From: Octopus vulgaris
Taxonomy: Eukaryota
DNA length: 64,000 nt
Assembly (NCBI GenBank): GCA_951406725.2
Contig: OX597827.1
Span: 46,376,001-46,440,000, forward strand
Reading direction: 5' to 3'
Below, one piece after another: positions 1 to 13,866 of this stretch. A program made the translations under genes and the position numbers. The notes beneath the pieces were generated by a model. That model was not told where the DNA came from. It saw only the letters and a program-made list of their open reading frames with translations, and did no database searches. Every line of letters starts with the position of its first letter. Within the stretch, counting starts at the first letter, position 1.

Positions 1-162
1 TTCGCCTGGCGTGCTAACGTTTCTGCCAACTCGCATTGTCGGCATTGCGAGCAGACATTCACAGGCAAAGGGATAATGTCGGCATAATGAACAGACAGTC
101 TCTTCACACGCATTTCTAATTTCTGAAAGAATTAACGTTTTCCTTTCTAATATTATTATACA

Positions 163-679
163 CTAGCAGTATCGCCCGGCGTTGCTCGGGTTTGTAAGGG
201 AAATAACTATATAAGCATTTTTAGAGAGTTACTTCCTTTATAGATGCCAATTCGGGCTTTCTTAGCCATTTCTGTTTTGGTGTCTTCAAGCCATGAAGTC
301 GTTGTTCTAAAAGAACGCTGGTCTCCTTGACAACGCATTACGACGTTGATTTCCTTAAACTCCCTTCCCCACAGCTTCACGAGGGAGAGAAGAAGGGGGA
401 GAAGCAAACACAGGTGCAGGTGTTTGAGCGTGGACGCCAACTCCGCCGCCATCGACACACGAAAAATTATGCATTAAAATGGAATAAAAAATGATGTTAA
501 ATTATTTTTAAAATCGTAGACTCATCGTAGACGCGCGCTAATACTCAGACGGGCTCGATATTAATCACGACTACAAGATACCCGAATTTGGTTAAACTGC
601 ACCGCAAAATGTGGGAGGAGTTAGGAATCTAAATCGTAGGAGACAGACACTCACACAACTACAGTTTTATATATATAGA
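163..679 (-). mobile_element. Non-autonomous Helitron
   Basis: Minus strand starts A|TCTATATATATAAAA and ends CCCGAGCAACGCCGGG (hairpin)...CTGCTAG|T, i.e. 5'-TC, subterminal hairpin, 3'-CTAG and an A|T target. Related copy at 20422-20817. Confidence 0.8.
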
Positions 680-704
680 TGAATGGGTATCACATTTATC
701 TTAC

Positions 705-813
705 CTGTCCATCCATGTTCACATGAACAGAGTCCAGTTTCTGAGTCACACCTGGCAGTATTGGAAGCGGTACAAGGACATTGTTCTCTACAGTTGACAC
801 CGAAACGACCATT
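705..813 (-). CDS. MEGF10: Draper/MEGF10-like receptor, coding exon 14 (EGF repeat); gene continues beyond the left edge
   Basis: caacag|AAT...ACAG|gtaag; NGRFGVNCREQCPCTASNTARCDSETGLCSCEHGWTG; phase 0 in, matching exon 13. Confidence 0.9.
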
Positions 814-1414
814 CTGTTGAAAAAGACAGGCAGAAGGAGAAGAAGATAAGCGAAGATGAGGGGGTGCTGTGGGAGGATTAGAATTAGATCAATAAACAAA
901 TATATTAACTTGATAAAGGCGCAGGGGTGACTGTTTGTTTTAGAGAAGCAGAAGATCGGCGACCGCCTTTTGCCTTCTCCCATTAATATCATTATTTCGT
1001 TTATCATTTCATCTCATTTGTGTTATTGTCCAGCCCGCAGCTACATCTGTGTAATACCCTTGTGGCAAAATATATGAATAAATGTTTGCTTTCCAACTAC
1101 ATGGTTCGGGGTTCAGTCCCACTGCGTGGCATTTTGGGCAAGTGACTTCAGTCAATTGACTGAAACAAATAAAAGAATAAATGAATATATTCGCCTTTTT
1201 GTAGTGACTCGGTAGCCAAAAACTCAAGCTAATTCTCCCTCAAATCACACCGTGCCGTATTATTTAAAAGAACAGATTTGATAATGCCATATTGGAAGTG
1301 TAAAAATACAGGAACGCCTTTGATCAGAGATTTGCACGATTAGGGTTAATTTGAAGCAAAAAGACAACACACATACAGATAGAGAGGTGGAGAAACAGAG
1401 AAAGCGTGAGAGAA

Positions 1415-1451
<37 letters not shown>

Positions 1452-1542
1452 AGAAAAAGAAAGAGAAACAGAGAAACAGAGGGAAGAAAGACATTAAAAC
1501 AAAGTAATAAATAATATAACAGAAAAGCGAAACTGTGCTCAC

Positions 1543-1706
1543 CGGACAAGTGTCTTCACAATGAATTCCTTTGAATCCCGGCTTACAATGACATTCTCCA
1601 GTGACGTGATCGCACGATGCATCGTTCCTACAATCGCAGACTCTGCTACAGTTTTGTCCATACAAAACCCCGGGGCACTGTTCTTCGCACATATGACCTC
1701 GCCAAC
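1543..1706 (-). CDS. MEGF10: Draper/MEGF10-like, coding exon 13 (EGF repeats)
   Basis: ttttag|GT...CCG|gtgag; GWRGHMCEEQCPGVLYGQNCSRVCDCRNDASCDHVTGECHCKPGFKGIHCEDTCP; phase 1 in, 0 out. Confidence 0.93.
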
Positions 1707-2732
1707 CTAAAATAAACAGTATTGACATTGCATTCAATGCTATTGTCTTGGCAATCAACGTTTGCCACTTTTTGCATTCAATATTACTAACTTGGCATTC
1801 AGTTGTATCGACATAACAGTCAATATTCGCTACTTAACATTCAAACGTTACCACTTCGGCATTCAATGCTATCAACTTGAAATTTAACGATGCTGAATCT
1901 CCATTCAACTTTACCAATGCTATATTTAATGCTAACAATACGACGCTAAAAATTAGCCAGTTGGTATTCAAATTTATCGACTTGGAGTTCAATAACAATT
2001 TCGGTAACTTTCGTTTAATATTCAGCGCTATTGACCAGGTATGCAGTGGTAACGATCTTGGTAATGATACTTCATGCTTGGCATGTGTTCTCGTTAACAA
2101 TGCATCCCAGCTAGCAGAATCGTTACAGCACCGAAATAAAATTCTTTTGCAGCATTTGTTCAGGCTGTTTACATCTTCATTTCAAATCCACTCGGGATCA
2201 ACTTTACATTTTATCTCTCCGGGGGTCGATGAAAATAAAGTAACATAGTATTGATTTAAAATTTTGGCAAAAAGCCAGCATTTTCGGGTGAAGGGTTAAG
2301 TAGATTACTTTGACCCCGGTGCTCAACTGGTATTTATTTTATCAACTCCCGAAAGGACGAAAGGCAAAGTTGAACTCGGTGGAATTTGAACTCGCAACAT
2401 AAAGACGGACGAAATGCTGCTAAGCATTTTGCCCGGCGTGTCAACGATTCTGTCAGCTCTAAAATACCCCAATACTGATTTCAATTTTTGGTACAGGCCA
2501 GCAATTTCGGTAGATAGGGTAAGTCGATTACGTCGACACCAGTGCTCAACTGGTACTTATTTTACCGACCTCGAAAGGATGAAAGGCAAAGGCGACCTCG
2601 GTGGAATTTGAACTCAGAACGTAACGGCAGACGAAATACCTATTTCTTTACTACCCACAAGGGGCTAAACACAGAGAAGACAAACAAGGACAGACAAACG
2701 GATTAAGTCGATTATATCGACCCCTGTGCGTA

Positions 2733-2864
2733 ACATAGCCTCTCGGCCTGCTAAAAATAGCAGCATATCAACTCATCTGCAGTCGTTTTGTTCTTTTTTT
2801 TTTCAAGAACAAAAGTATTGGATAATGATACGTTGCTGTGGATATATGTGCACACACGTACTCG

Positions 2865-2900
<36 letters not shown>

Positions 2901-2908
2901 ACCATATA

Positions 2909-2951
<43 letters not shown>

Positions 2952-3074
2952 GTATGTATATATATAAGTATATGTATATATAAGTATATATATATGTATA
3001 TATATATATATATAGATGATATATATATATTATATATACATATATATGTGCTTATATATATATATATATGTGTG

Positions 3075-3121
<47 letters not shown>

Positions 3122-3274
3122 TGTGTGTCTGTGTGTGTGAGAACGAGTACGTGTGTGCACATATACCCACGACAACGTATCACTATCCAATACGTCTGTT
3201 CTTAAAAAAAAAAGAACAAAACGACTGCAGACGAGTTGATATGCTGCTATTTTTAGCAGGCTGAGAGGCTATGT
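2733..3274. repeat. Fold-back inverted repeat, arms of about 135 bp around a CT/CA/TA microsatellite core
   Basis: ACATAGCCTCTCGGCCTGCTAAAAATAGCAGCATATC...GTACTCGTTCTC is mirrored by GAGAACGAGTAC...GCAGGCTGAGAGGCTATGT. Confidence 0.85.
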
Positions 3275-4063
3275 AGAGGCCTTCCCTTGTTGGCTTGACA
3301 CCACAACTAATATAGATGTATAAATAAACAAAACATAATTAAAACAATGTACCAATAAAGTGTATGCATTCTATAAACATGTCCAACTAAGAGCGGCCAT
3401 GATGAAAACTAACAAAACATATTGTGGCAGTGTTTTGACTGTTTGGTATTCAAAGAGGATTCTCATCATATTTCCTTGAAATGTTATCACAGCAATTATA
3501 TACCTCTGATCGACATGTACATTTTTCTCTTTTTGTTTTATATATAAACAATAGCTTTACACGCTTTGAAAAAATTCTTTGTTGCTGTTGCCGTTGCCTT
3601 TTTTTATTTTTATTTGTGGTGTTGTTTAGCTTTCTCAGATTCGGCTCCAGACGAGCAAGGCTTTATGATCAAGCGGTTCCATGAATGTTCCGCGTAAACA
3701 GCAATTTTGAAGGGAGAAGAAAAGTTGGTATCATCGAATCCCGTACTTGACTGCTACTTTATTCTATGGACCCTTCAGGGAGCAAAGGAAAAACGTAAAG
3801 AGTCGAAAAATTCCCTGCTAATCGTTTTGTCTCTAATGATTCGGCCAACTGATACCCTTAATAATAATAATGATAATAATAATAATAATAATCTTTTCTA
3901 TTCTAGGCACAAGGCCCGAAATTTTTTTTGTGGTTGGGGGAGCAGTCGATTAGATCGATCCCGGTACGCAACTGTTACTTAATTTATCGACCCCGAAAGG
4001 ATGAAAGGCAAAGTCCGCCTCGGCAGAATTTGAACTCAGAACGTAACGGCAGCTTACAGCCTT

Positions 4064-4133
<70 letters not shown>

Positions 4134-4555
4134 TCAGCTGTAGGCATAAGGCCTGCAATTTGGGGGGAGGGGATAGTCGCTCATATTGACCGCAGTGTTT
4201 CACTGGTACTTAATTTATAGACCTCGAAAGGATGAAAGGCAAACTCAGAACGAAGCGACGGACTAAATGCCACTAAGCACTTTATCCGGCGTGCTAACGA
4301 TTCTACAGGCTCGCCGCCTAATTAATGATAAAAATAATAATAACTAAATTAATTAATGAAAATACTAAAAATATAATACGATAAAAAAAAAGAAACCTTG
4401 TATAAGTCTGAGATACATAGAACGAAAAAGAAAACATTGGAGAGGCTTTGCAAAAAAGAGAGAGGAAGGGAAAAAATGGGAATTATTAGAAAGGAAAAAG
4501 GAAGGAAAGAAGGAAGGAAGGAAGGAAGAGAGAAAAGAAAAGGATTTCTTGTTAC

Positions 4556-4668
4556 CTGGCGCACAAATACAGAAACCAAAGTCTGGGAGACAAGTTCCGT
4601 TGTTTTGACAAATACATTTTTGTTCACATCGTGTTCCATACGTTCCTGGGTCGCATGGTTTTGTACAA
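4556..4668 (-). CDS. MEGF10: Draper/MEGF10-like, coding exon 12
   Basis: ccccag|T TGT...CCAG|gtaac; CTKPCDPGTYGTRCEQKCICQNNGTCLPDFGFCICAPG; phase 2 in, 1 out. Confidence 0.93.
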
Positions 4669-5183
4669 CTGGGGAAGATGGAAGACGAAATAATAACCAT
4701 CACCGGGCGTGAAAACAAAATAATCACCAGTTATGTTATACTAATCTGTCTCTTGTAATATGTCACTCATGTATATATACATGCGTACAACACGCACTCG
4801 TAGACATATACATGTACTACGCCATGCATACACACATACATGCATGCATGCATATACGTACACACTAAAGAAAGCAATACAGTGTTGGGCCCCCACCAAA
4901 ATTCAATGCAAAATAATATTCAATATTCTATTTGAAATATCTAAATAACACAAATAAAAATTTTATGTACATACACATGCTACATGCATACACATATACA
5001 TATATATGTGACGAAAGAACTTTGGCCAAAATACGAGTAATGTAAAAAATAAAATAAAGCCGAAGCAAATTAACACCGAATATATAGTACGTGTGTTTTA
5101 TTGGCTAAACTGGCAACATGACCATCCCCAAATACAACAATATCTCTTTCAACACACGAGTTCACATCAAGAATCTTGCAAAA

Positions 5184-5229
<46 letters not shown>

Positions 5230-5232
<3 letters not shown>

Positions 5233-5451
5233 TAATCCCCCGGCTATCGTTGGTGTTACGTTCTAAAACCCTCTGCGATAGGTGAAAATCCGCAAAATAG
5301 AAACAGCACTGTACTGTATATATATTTTTTATTTTATAATTGGTATATATATTTATTCTATATTAAATGCAAAACAACATCACGGAGGGATTGACGTAAG
5401 CTTAAATAATAAACCGCGATATGTGGATCGCGATATGGCGAGAGATTACTG
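5230..5451. mobile_element. Tc1/mariner-pogo-type MITE
   Basis: Ends CAGTAATCCC and GAGATTACTG form imperfect TIRs, with TA on both sides. Confidence 0.7.
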
Positions 5452-5480
5452 TATACACATACATACACACACTGATATGA

Positions 5481-5571
<91 letters not shown>

Positions 5572-5867
5572 TACATGCATATATGTACATGCATATATAT
5601 ATACATAAAAGACCAACCCAAAAAGGGAGTTTCTGCATTATCGTTTGACATTAGAAATAACATCGAATTCTTCCTCAAATCATGCTCAGTTGTTTTCTAC
5701 AAATAATTAAGAATACATTTGATAACAAAAAGAAAAATGGGAGACTCAAGGTTTGAACGCCTTTAAGATAGGTTTGCTCAATGAAGACCAACTTGAGCAG
5801 CGAGGTTAAACAAAAATAACTGAAATATATTTTGTTATAGGCATCCAGTGAACTAAAAGTTGAACCT

Positions 5868-6080
5868 TTTCTACTTCTAGGCATAAGGCCCGAAATTTTT
5901 GGAGAGGGGGACAGTCGATTATATCGACCCCAGTGCGTAACTGGTATTTATTTGATCGGCCCCGAAAGGATGAAAGGCAAAGTCGATCTCGGCGGAATTT
6001 GAACTCAGAACGTAGCGGCAGACGAAATACTGCTAAGCATTTCACCCGGCGTGCTAACGATTCTGCCAGTTCCCCGCCCT
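5868..6080 (-). mobile_element. tRNA-derived SINE, family B (about 200 bp); other copies near 1, 2256, 2480, 3893, 4135, 30927, 38760, 43371, 44460, 63416
   Basis: Minus-strand head ...GCAGAATCGTTAGCACGCCGGG...GAGTTCAAATTCC (A/B-box-like) and shared central CCTTTCATCCTTTCGGGG motif; many dispersed copies. Confidence 0.8.
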
Positions 6081-6406
6081 GTTGAACCTATATATTACTT
6101 CTTGAACTGAGTGGGATGGAAGACTTACTAACATTTTCTATCCAGAGCGTGTAAAAATATATAACTAAATGGCTCAAAATATTTAATCTGGTATTTTTGT
6201 ATTCCTGCAAGTCTATCTTCCATATTTTCACATCTTTAACGAAACAAATCCACTCATTCATACATTCGCCAATTTATTTCCAGAAAATATCTGAATTACA
6301 GAGTTGACATCCCACCAAAAACAACAAAAGAATGTTACGAAATAAGCCGTAACAGAACGTAAAATTACGGAACTTTAAATCAAACGAAATTTAAATAAAT
6401 ACTCAC

Positions 6407-6589
6407 AGATGTCCTTGCCAACCAGGTGCACAGGTACAATTTCCAATAATTGGATCACAATCACCTCCGTTCTGACACTGACACATTTTTGAACAGTCTT
6501 TCCCGTAGAATGGTACCGGACAGGGCTGCTGGCATCGTTCGCCTTTGAAACCGGGACTACATTCACATTTACCAGTCCCTGGATGGCAT
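6407..6589 (-). CDS. MEGF10: Draper/MEGF10-like, coding exon 11
   Basis: ttttag|A TGC...CAT CT|gtgagt; CHPGTGKCECSPGFKGERCQQPCPVPFYGKDCSKMCQCQNGGDCDPIIGNCTCAPGWQGHL; phase 2/2. Confidence 0.93.
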
Positions 6590-6710
6590 CTAAAATAAAA
6601 CAGAATATATTTACCGAATATATAGGTATTTTAGCTTATTTTGACTAAGTACAAGATTAGTTTATATATATATATACTCAAAATAAGCAACAAGAATGAC
6701 TCCGGTAATT

Positions 6711-6794
6711 TGGTACAATCGTTTCGTACTACATCATTTTATTAAATGTTGTAAGTATTACAACAGATTTAAGATGCTGAGTACTCATCAGCCA
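6711..6794 (-). ncRNA. Type I hammerhead ribozyme (Penelope-type)
   Basis: Minus strand: UGG-CUGAUGA-GUAC...(long stem II)...GUAC-GAAA-CGAUU-GUA|CCA; sits in a short element flanked by (TA)n. Confidence 0.75.
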
Positions 6795-7171
6795 GTTATA
6801 GAGGTTTTCCATTAATACAAAAATGTTCAAATCAAGTGGCAACATTATAGAGAAGGTAGATATACAGACAAAGATGTATATATATATATATATATATAAG
6901 CCTATGTCAATTTTTATATTGGTCTACAACTCGGTAAGAATGTTACACACAAATACGTACACATACTCACGCACATACACACAGAGGCTCACACACATGT
7001 ATATATACATACATGTGTAACAAGGAATGCGTGATGCTTGTTGTCTTCTTGCAGCATGGCCTGTGACTGACCTTACACGCAATTTGACAGTTGTTTCTGT
7101 CTCTCTTTAGCCAATTATTATTCTACCATCAACTTATCGCTATCTATATCGCTGTGTATAAGACAACTTAC

Positions 7172-7241
7172 CGCATTGTGTTCTGCCAGTCACATTCACA
7201 TGTATGAGAACAGTATTTTCCATAAGTGATCGGTGAACAAA
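7172..7241 (-). CDS. MEGF10: Draper/MEGF10-like, coding exon 10
   Basis: tttcag|TT TGT...ATG CG|gtaagt; VCSPITYGKYCSHTCECDWQNTMR, like the irregular EGF repeat of MEGF10/Draper; phase 1/2. Confidence 0.92.
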
Positions 7242-7393
7242 CTGAAAGTAAAAAAAAGAATGCTCAGTACTTGGATTAGTGCTAATGTATTTTAATCTCG
7301 AGTTGTTATTCATTTTCGTGAGATTACTTGTCAAACGAAAAGTGATTACATGAAACTTGCCTGATGAACAAAAAAAGGCGAAACTCCAAAGTA

Positions 7394-8484
7394 TTGGGTC
7401 ATCCCATAAATAATGCGGATTTTGAATTGCGTGATATAAAAGTCGGAGGGAGGCGGGATAAACTACCTGTATCAACTCACTATAAAAGCAGATAGTAATT
7501 TTAACTTGCCTTATTCTTAGTGCAAATTTTGAAGAGAGCAGTTCAATTTTTACATTTTTTTAAATTTTCAAAACTATAATGGAAGTAACAAAGGAGCATA
7601 TTTTGCTTTTTGAATTCCATAAAGGCAACAACGGAAAGTGCGAGGAATATTGATGCAGCACATGGGGATCGGACAATAAGTGTAAGCCAGTTTCAACTGT
7701 GGTTCCGGAAATTCCAGGCCAGAAACTACAGCCTAGAAGACGAGCCTTGTCCTGGAAGATCTGTAGAGTTCGGCGAGGACGTCCTGCAAACCCTGGTGGA
7801 AGAAAATCTCATCGCAACTGTTGAGGAACTAGCAGAGAATCTTGGGCTTGGTCATTCAACCATTCATCGACACCTGCGTGCCATCGGAAAAGTCAGCAAA
7901 TTGGGTCAATGGGTTCCTTGCATACTTTCCAAGTCTAATCGCGCGCAGGCTAAAGAAGGTCTTCACACACGTAAGGTGTTGTTATCTGTTTAGTGGGATA
8001 GGAAAGGTTTAGTCCACTTTGAACTTTTAAACCCAAACCGAACGATAACAAAGGAGATCTACTGCGAGCAGCTCGCGCGGCTTAAGTCAGCGCAAGAAGA
8101 AAAATGACCATCTTTGGTTTCAAGACGAAAGATGTTCTTCCATCAGGATAATGCTCGGTCACAGACAGCGAGGATGATATTCCAAAGACTGGAATGTCCA
8201 TATTCACCGGACCTTGCCCCATTTGATTATTATTTATTCCACAGTCTTCAAAATCGTTTGGATCGAAAAAAAATTTGAATTCTGTAGACGAGGTCAGAAC
8301 AGTACTAGAGGAGTATTTTTCGTCACGGACAAGTGAATTTTGGAAGAGGGCCCTTGCAATAGATGGAAGAGCATTGTAGAAAATGAAGGAGAGTACATTT
8401 TAGATTAAAAAAGAACTTCGTTTATCTTAATTTTGAAAAACAAAAGAAGGTTAAATAATACCGCATTATTTATGAATGACCCAA
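7394..8484 (+). mobile_element. Degenerate mariner (DD34D) DNA transposon with internal deletion
   Basis: TIRs of about 25 bp (TTGGGTCATCCCATAAATAATGCGG / CCGCATTATTTATGAATGACCCAA), TA TSD. Transposase remnants KLGQWVP, FHQDNAR and YSPDLAPFD with stops and frameshifts; the first catalytic D region is missing. Confidence 0.92.
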
Positions 8485-8545
8485 TAGTACAGAACCTACT
8501 AGATTTAAATATAAATATCTCTACTATGAACATTTAACATATGTG

Positions 8546-8631
<86 letters not shown>

Positions 8632-9544
8632 TACACACATACATACTTACATATACATAGATACATGCATATGTATACACATATATGCATACACACACAT
8701 GTATAGGTGTAATGCATCAGTATGTGATGATGATGTCATCGTTTAATTTGCTATAAATACTCTTAATGGGGGTCCATTGTGTCATGCCAAATTACTTCAT
8801 TTTCTCCTCAAATTATCGAGGTCAAAGTAGTCTTATGGAACCTATTCATAGAATCAGGTTGTAAAATATAACTAAGAAGAGCATAGAGCATAGTCATTCT
8901 GCAAAAAACGGGAAGCTGAAATGGCTTAACTGTAAATGGAAACGCAGTTCGTCGCACCAGAACATTAATATTTATCACTGTTCTACAGGACTGTGTCTTC
9001 CGATGGTGAAGGTATATCGTCTTTAAATATACAAACGCGAGCAGAAGTAGGTATTGATGGGTGTTAAGAAGCTTACTTCCCAACCTTGTGACTTCGGGTT
9101 CGGTTCTACAACGTGGAGCCCTTGGGCAAGACTTTTTTTTGTTTATACAAGGGTATATCTTTTAATCTTTTACTTGTTTCAATCATTTGATTGCGGCCAT
9201 GCTGGGGCATCACCTTCAATTTTTAGTCGAATGTTTCGAGTCCAGTACTTCTTTTATAAGCCTGGTACTTGTTTTATCGATGTCTTTTTGCCGAACCGCG
9301 TAGTTACATGGATGCAAACACATCAACACTAGTTGACAAGCGGTGGTAGTGGTGGTGGGACAAAAACAACACACACGCACACGACGGGCTTTCTTTTCTG
9401 TTGCTGTCAACTAAATCCATTCACAAGACTTTGGTCGGCCCGAGGATTTAGTAGAAGACAGTTGCTCATGGAGCTACGCAGTGAGACTGAACACGAAACC
9501 ATGCGGTTCGGAAGCAAGCTTCTTACCACATAGCCACGCCTGCT

Positions 9545-10220
<676 letters not shown>

Positions 10221-10228
10221 AATAATAA

Positions 10229-10776
<548 letters not shown>

Positions 10777-10877
10777 ATATATATGTATATATATATGTAT
10801 ATATATATGTATATATGTATATATATATATGTATATATATATGTATATATATATATGTATATGTGTATATATATATG

Positions 10878-10922
<45 letters not shown>

Positions 10923-10923
10923 G

Positions 10924-10990
<67 letters not shown>

Positions 10991-10991
<1 letters not shown>

Positions 10992-12149
10992 AATCCTTAA
11001 AATCCTTAAAAATGTTTTAGCCGAAGGCCGCGGCCATGCTGGGGCACCACCGCTGAATGAGCTACACTAGTTTGTGAATCCACCTCTGATACATGGCACT
11101 TGATCAACAAGGGAGTTCGATGCTGCTGCCCGCATCCGTGTCTCCTGTCGTGAGGTAGGTTCATCTGGGACTCCCAACAAGAAGAGATCCAGTTTAGTTT
11201 TAAAGAAACCCACATCCACACCATGTAAGTCTCTCAGGCATTTAGGGAGGATGTTAAAGAGCTGTGGTCCTCTGAAACCCAAGCTGTTGCAGTATCTGGA
11301 CCTGTATTTTGATGGTGATGTTGGAATCCTTGGCACCACGCAGCGGCGCCCCGTTCTGCGGTTGGAGTAACTTTGAATGCCAAAGTTTGGGACAAGACCC
11401 TCCAGGATTTTCCAGATGTATATCACTGCATATCTCTCCCGCCTCCGCTCCAGGGAGAAGAGGTTTAATACCTTCAGTCTTTCCCAGTAGCTGACATTTT
11501 GTATTGAGACGATTTTCTTTGTGTAGCTTCTCTGAGTTGCTTCGAGTTCTGCTGTTTGTTTTATATTGTGTGGTGACCAAAGTTGGGAGCAGTAGTCCAA
11601 GCGGCTGAGGACAAATGTTTTCCATAGGACCATCAGTGCCTCCTTCTCTCTTGTTCTGAAAGTTCGGAGAATCCATCCAGCTAGCCGTCTGCATTTTATC
11701 ACCAGATTAGCAATATGCATTTAGAAAGATGCATCATTGCTCATGTCAATGCCCAGGTCACGCACTGATTTTGACTCAGGGATTGCAATTCTTCCTGGGC
11801 CAGTGTATCCAGTCTTCACGTCATTTACCTTTGTGTGCCAGTAGCGCAGGGCCTGGAACTTACCTGCATTAAACTGCATGTTTTTGTCCTCAGCCCACCT
11901 GTATATTGTGTCCAGCTCATGTTGCAGATGCGCAATATTTTCAGGGTTTTGTATTGCGTGGGAGACTTTTGTGTCATCTGCATAGCTAGCAAGGGTGGTC
12001 ATCGTAGCAACTGAAGGCATGTCTGAAAGGGCCACTATGAACATCAGTGGCCCCAAGACAGTGCCCTGTGGGACACCGCTTGTTATTTGCGTTTCCCTGG
12101 AGGTGGCTCCATTGCTCACAACTGCCTGTTTTCTGTCTTTTAGGAAGAC
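10991..12149 (-). mobile_element. 5'-truncated CR1/L2-group LINE (RT C-terminal half, pseudogenised)
   Basis: SGVPQGTVLGP...YADDTK...RDLGI, then an in-frame stop, then SRLDYCSQLWSP...SLERRRER; 3' tail of TTTTAAGGA repeats. Confidence 0.9.
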
Positions 12150-12168
12150 ATATATATATATATATATG

Positions 12169-12223
<55 letters not shown>

Positions 12224-12329
12224 TTATTTATTTATTTTATAGAAGGAGCTTCTATAAAATAAATTAATTTACTCTGCTATGTATTGAGTACCTTATTTAC
12301 TGTGGTTAACCCCGACTCAACCCGGGACC

Positions 12330-12397
<68 letters not shown>

Positions 12398-12460
12398 TGT
12401 ATGTATGTATTCATATATATATATGTGTGTATGTGTGTGTGTGTATATATATATATATAT

Positions 12461-12799
12461 TGGGGGAACAAGAAGAAGAAAATGAAGAATAAATGGATGT
12501 AATTACCAATTTATTTGTATGTTACAAAAAGATGACTTGGTGGGTGGGGGATAACAGTACAAATAAATTGATAAGTTGAAAGCTCAAAGAAAAGTAAATT
12601 GCGATAAAAAATAGATAAATAATAAAAAAAAAGAAATTAAAATAAAAAAGAATTGATTTATTTTTCTTTGACGATTCAACTCCTGATTAATTTATTTGGA
12701 CTGTTTTCTTTTTTTTTTTTAATGTCATCTTTTTGTAACATAGAAATGAATTAGTAATTACATCCATTTGTGCTCCATTTTCTTCTTGTTTTTCCACCA
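12461..12799. repeat. Imperfect inverted repeat (fold-back)
   Basis: AAATGGATGTAATTAC...TGTTACAAAAAGATGAC is mirrored by GTCATCTTTTTGTAACA...GTAATTACATCCATTT. Confidence 0.75.
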
Positions 12800-12826
12800 G
12801 TATTGATAATTTCAATAATCCTGAAC

Positions 12827-12985
12827 GGAGTGGCTGCGTGGTAAGTAGCTTGTCTACCAACCACATGGTTCCGGGTTCAGTCCCACAGCGTGGCACCTTG
12901 GGCAAGTGTCTTCTACTATAGCCTCGGGCCGACCAATGCCTTGTGAGTGGATTTGGTAGACGGAAACTGAAAGAAGCCCGTCGTA

Positions 12986-13016
<31 letters not shown>

Positions 13017-13234
13017 GCGTGTGTGTGTTTGTGTGTCTGTGTTTGTCCCCTAGCATTGCTTGACAACCGATGGTGTGTTTATGTCCCCGTTACTTAGCGG
13101 TTCGGCAAAAGAGACCGATAGAATAAGTACTGGGCTTACAAAAGAATAAGTCCCGGGGTCGAATTGTCGATTAAAGGCGGTGCTCCAGCATGGCCGCAGT
13201 CAAATGACTGAAACAAGTAAAAGAGTAAAAGAGT
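12827..13234 (+). mobile_element. tRNA-derived SINE, family A (about 410 bp, internal TA/TG microsatellite, GTAAAAGA tail)
   Basis: A-box TGGCTGCGTGG, B-box GGTTCAGTCCC, 3' GGCGGTGCTCCAGCATGGCCGC; many copies in the window. Confidence 0.9.
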
Positions 13235-13358
13235 ATATATCAATGACTTTTGCATTATATGATACGGATTAAACCAGTGGAATACATTGGATTATATAAT
13301 CCCTAACATTGGATTATATAATCCTCAAACTAACTGTGCGCGCGCGCGCGTGTGTGTG

Positions 13359-13652
13359 TTATTGTGTCTGAGGAGAATCATTCTCTTTTAGTACCTTATT
13401 ATTTAGCACACTCACCGGTTCGATTTCCACTCATTTACTTGTTTATTTTTTTCTGAAACTTTCGTTGAGTCTTGCAACCTTTTCAATAGTCGTTGACTCT
13501 GATAACGGATAGAGTCAACGTCTATTGAAAAGGTTGCAAGACGCAACGAAAGTTTCAGAAAAAAATTAATAAGTAGATGAATGGAAATCGAACCGGTGAG
13601 TGTGTTAAATAATAAGGCACTAAAAGAAAATGACTCTCCCCAGGCACAATAA
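13359..13652. repeat. Palindromic Penelope-like terminus with degenerate U3-A8 HHR-like motif
   Basis: Arms of about 140 bp centred near 13505; each arm carries TTGAAAAG-GTTGC-aagac-(G/T)CAAC-GAAA. Confidence 0.7.
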
Positions 13653-13722
13653 AATATGCTTCAACACATGAATTCACATAAAGAATCTTGGAAATTAAAT
13701 ACAAAAACAATATATGTATGTG

Positions 13723-13789
<67 letters not shown>

Positions 13790-13866
13790 TCAAAATGTGA
13801 CCGCGTATGTACCGTTGGCGATTTTTTTCCTCCGTCTTCCCTTCTTTGGATCTTTCCTTTTCCTAT

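Noticed and set aside
30-122. Possible further Cys-rich exon after a TTTCAG acceptor on the minus strand (EIRNACEETVCSLCRH...)
   Set aside because: Cys spacing is not EGF-like, no donor is evident, it runs into a SINE, and the segment is a short internal duplication.
1760-2100. Asn/Phe-rich ORF 1877-2248 and overlapping minus-strand ORF
   Set aside because: A degenerate low-complexity repeat (GCATTCAATGCTA-like units) inside an intron, with no domain signal.
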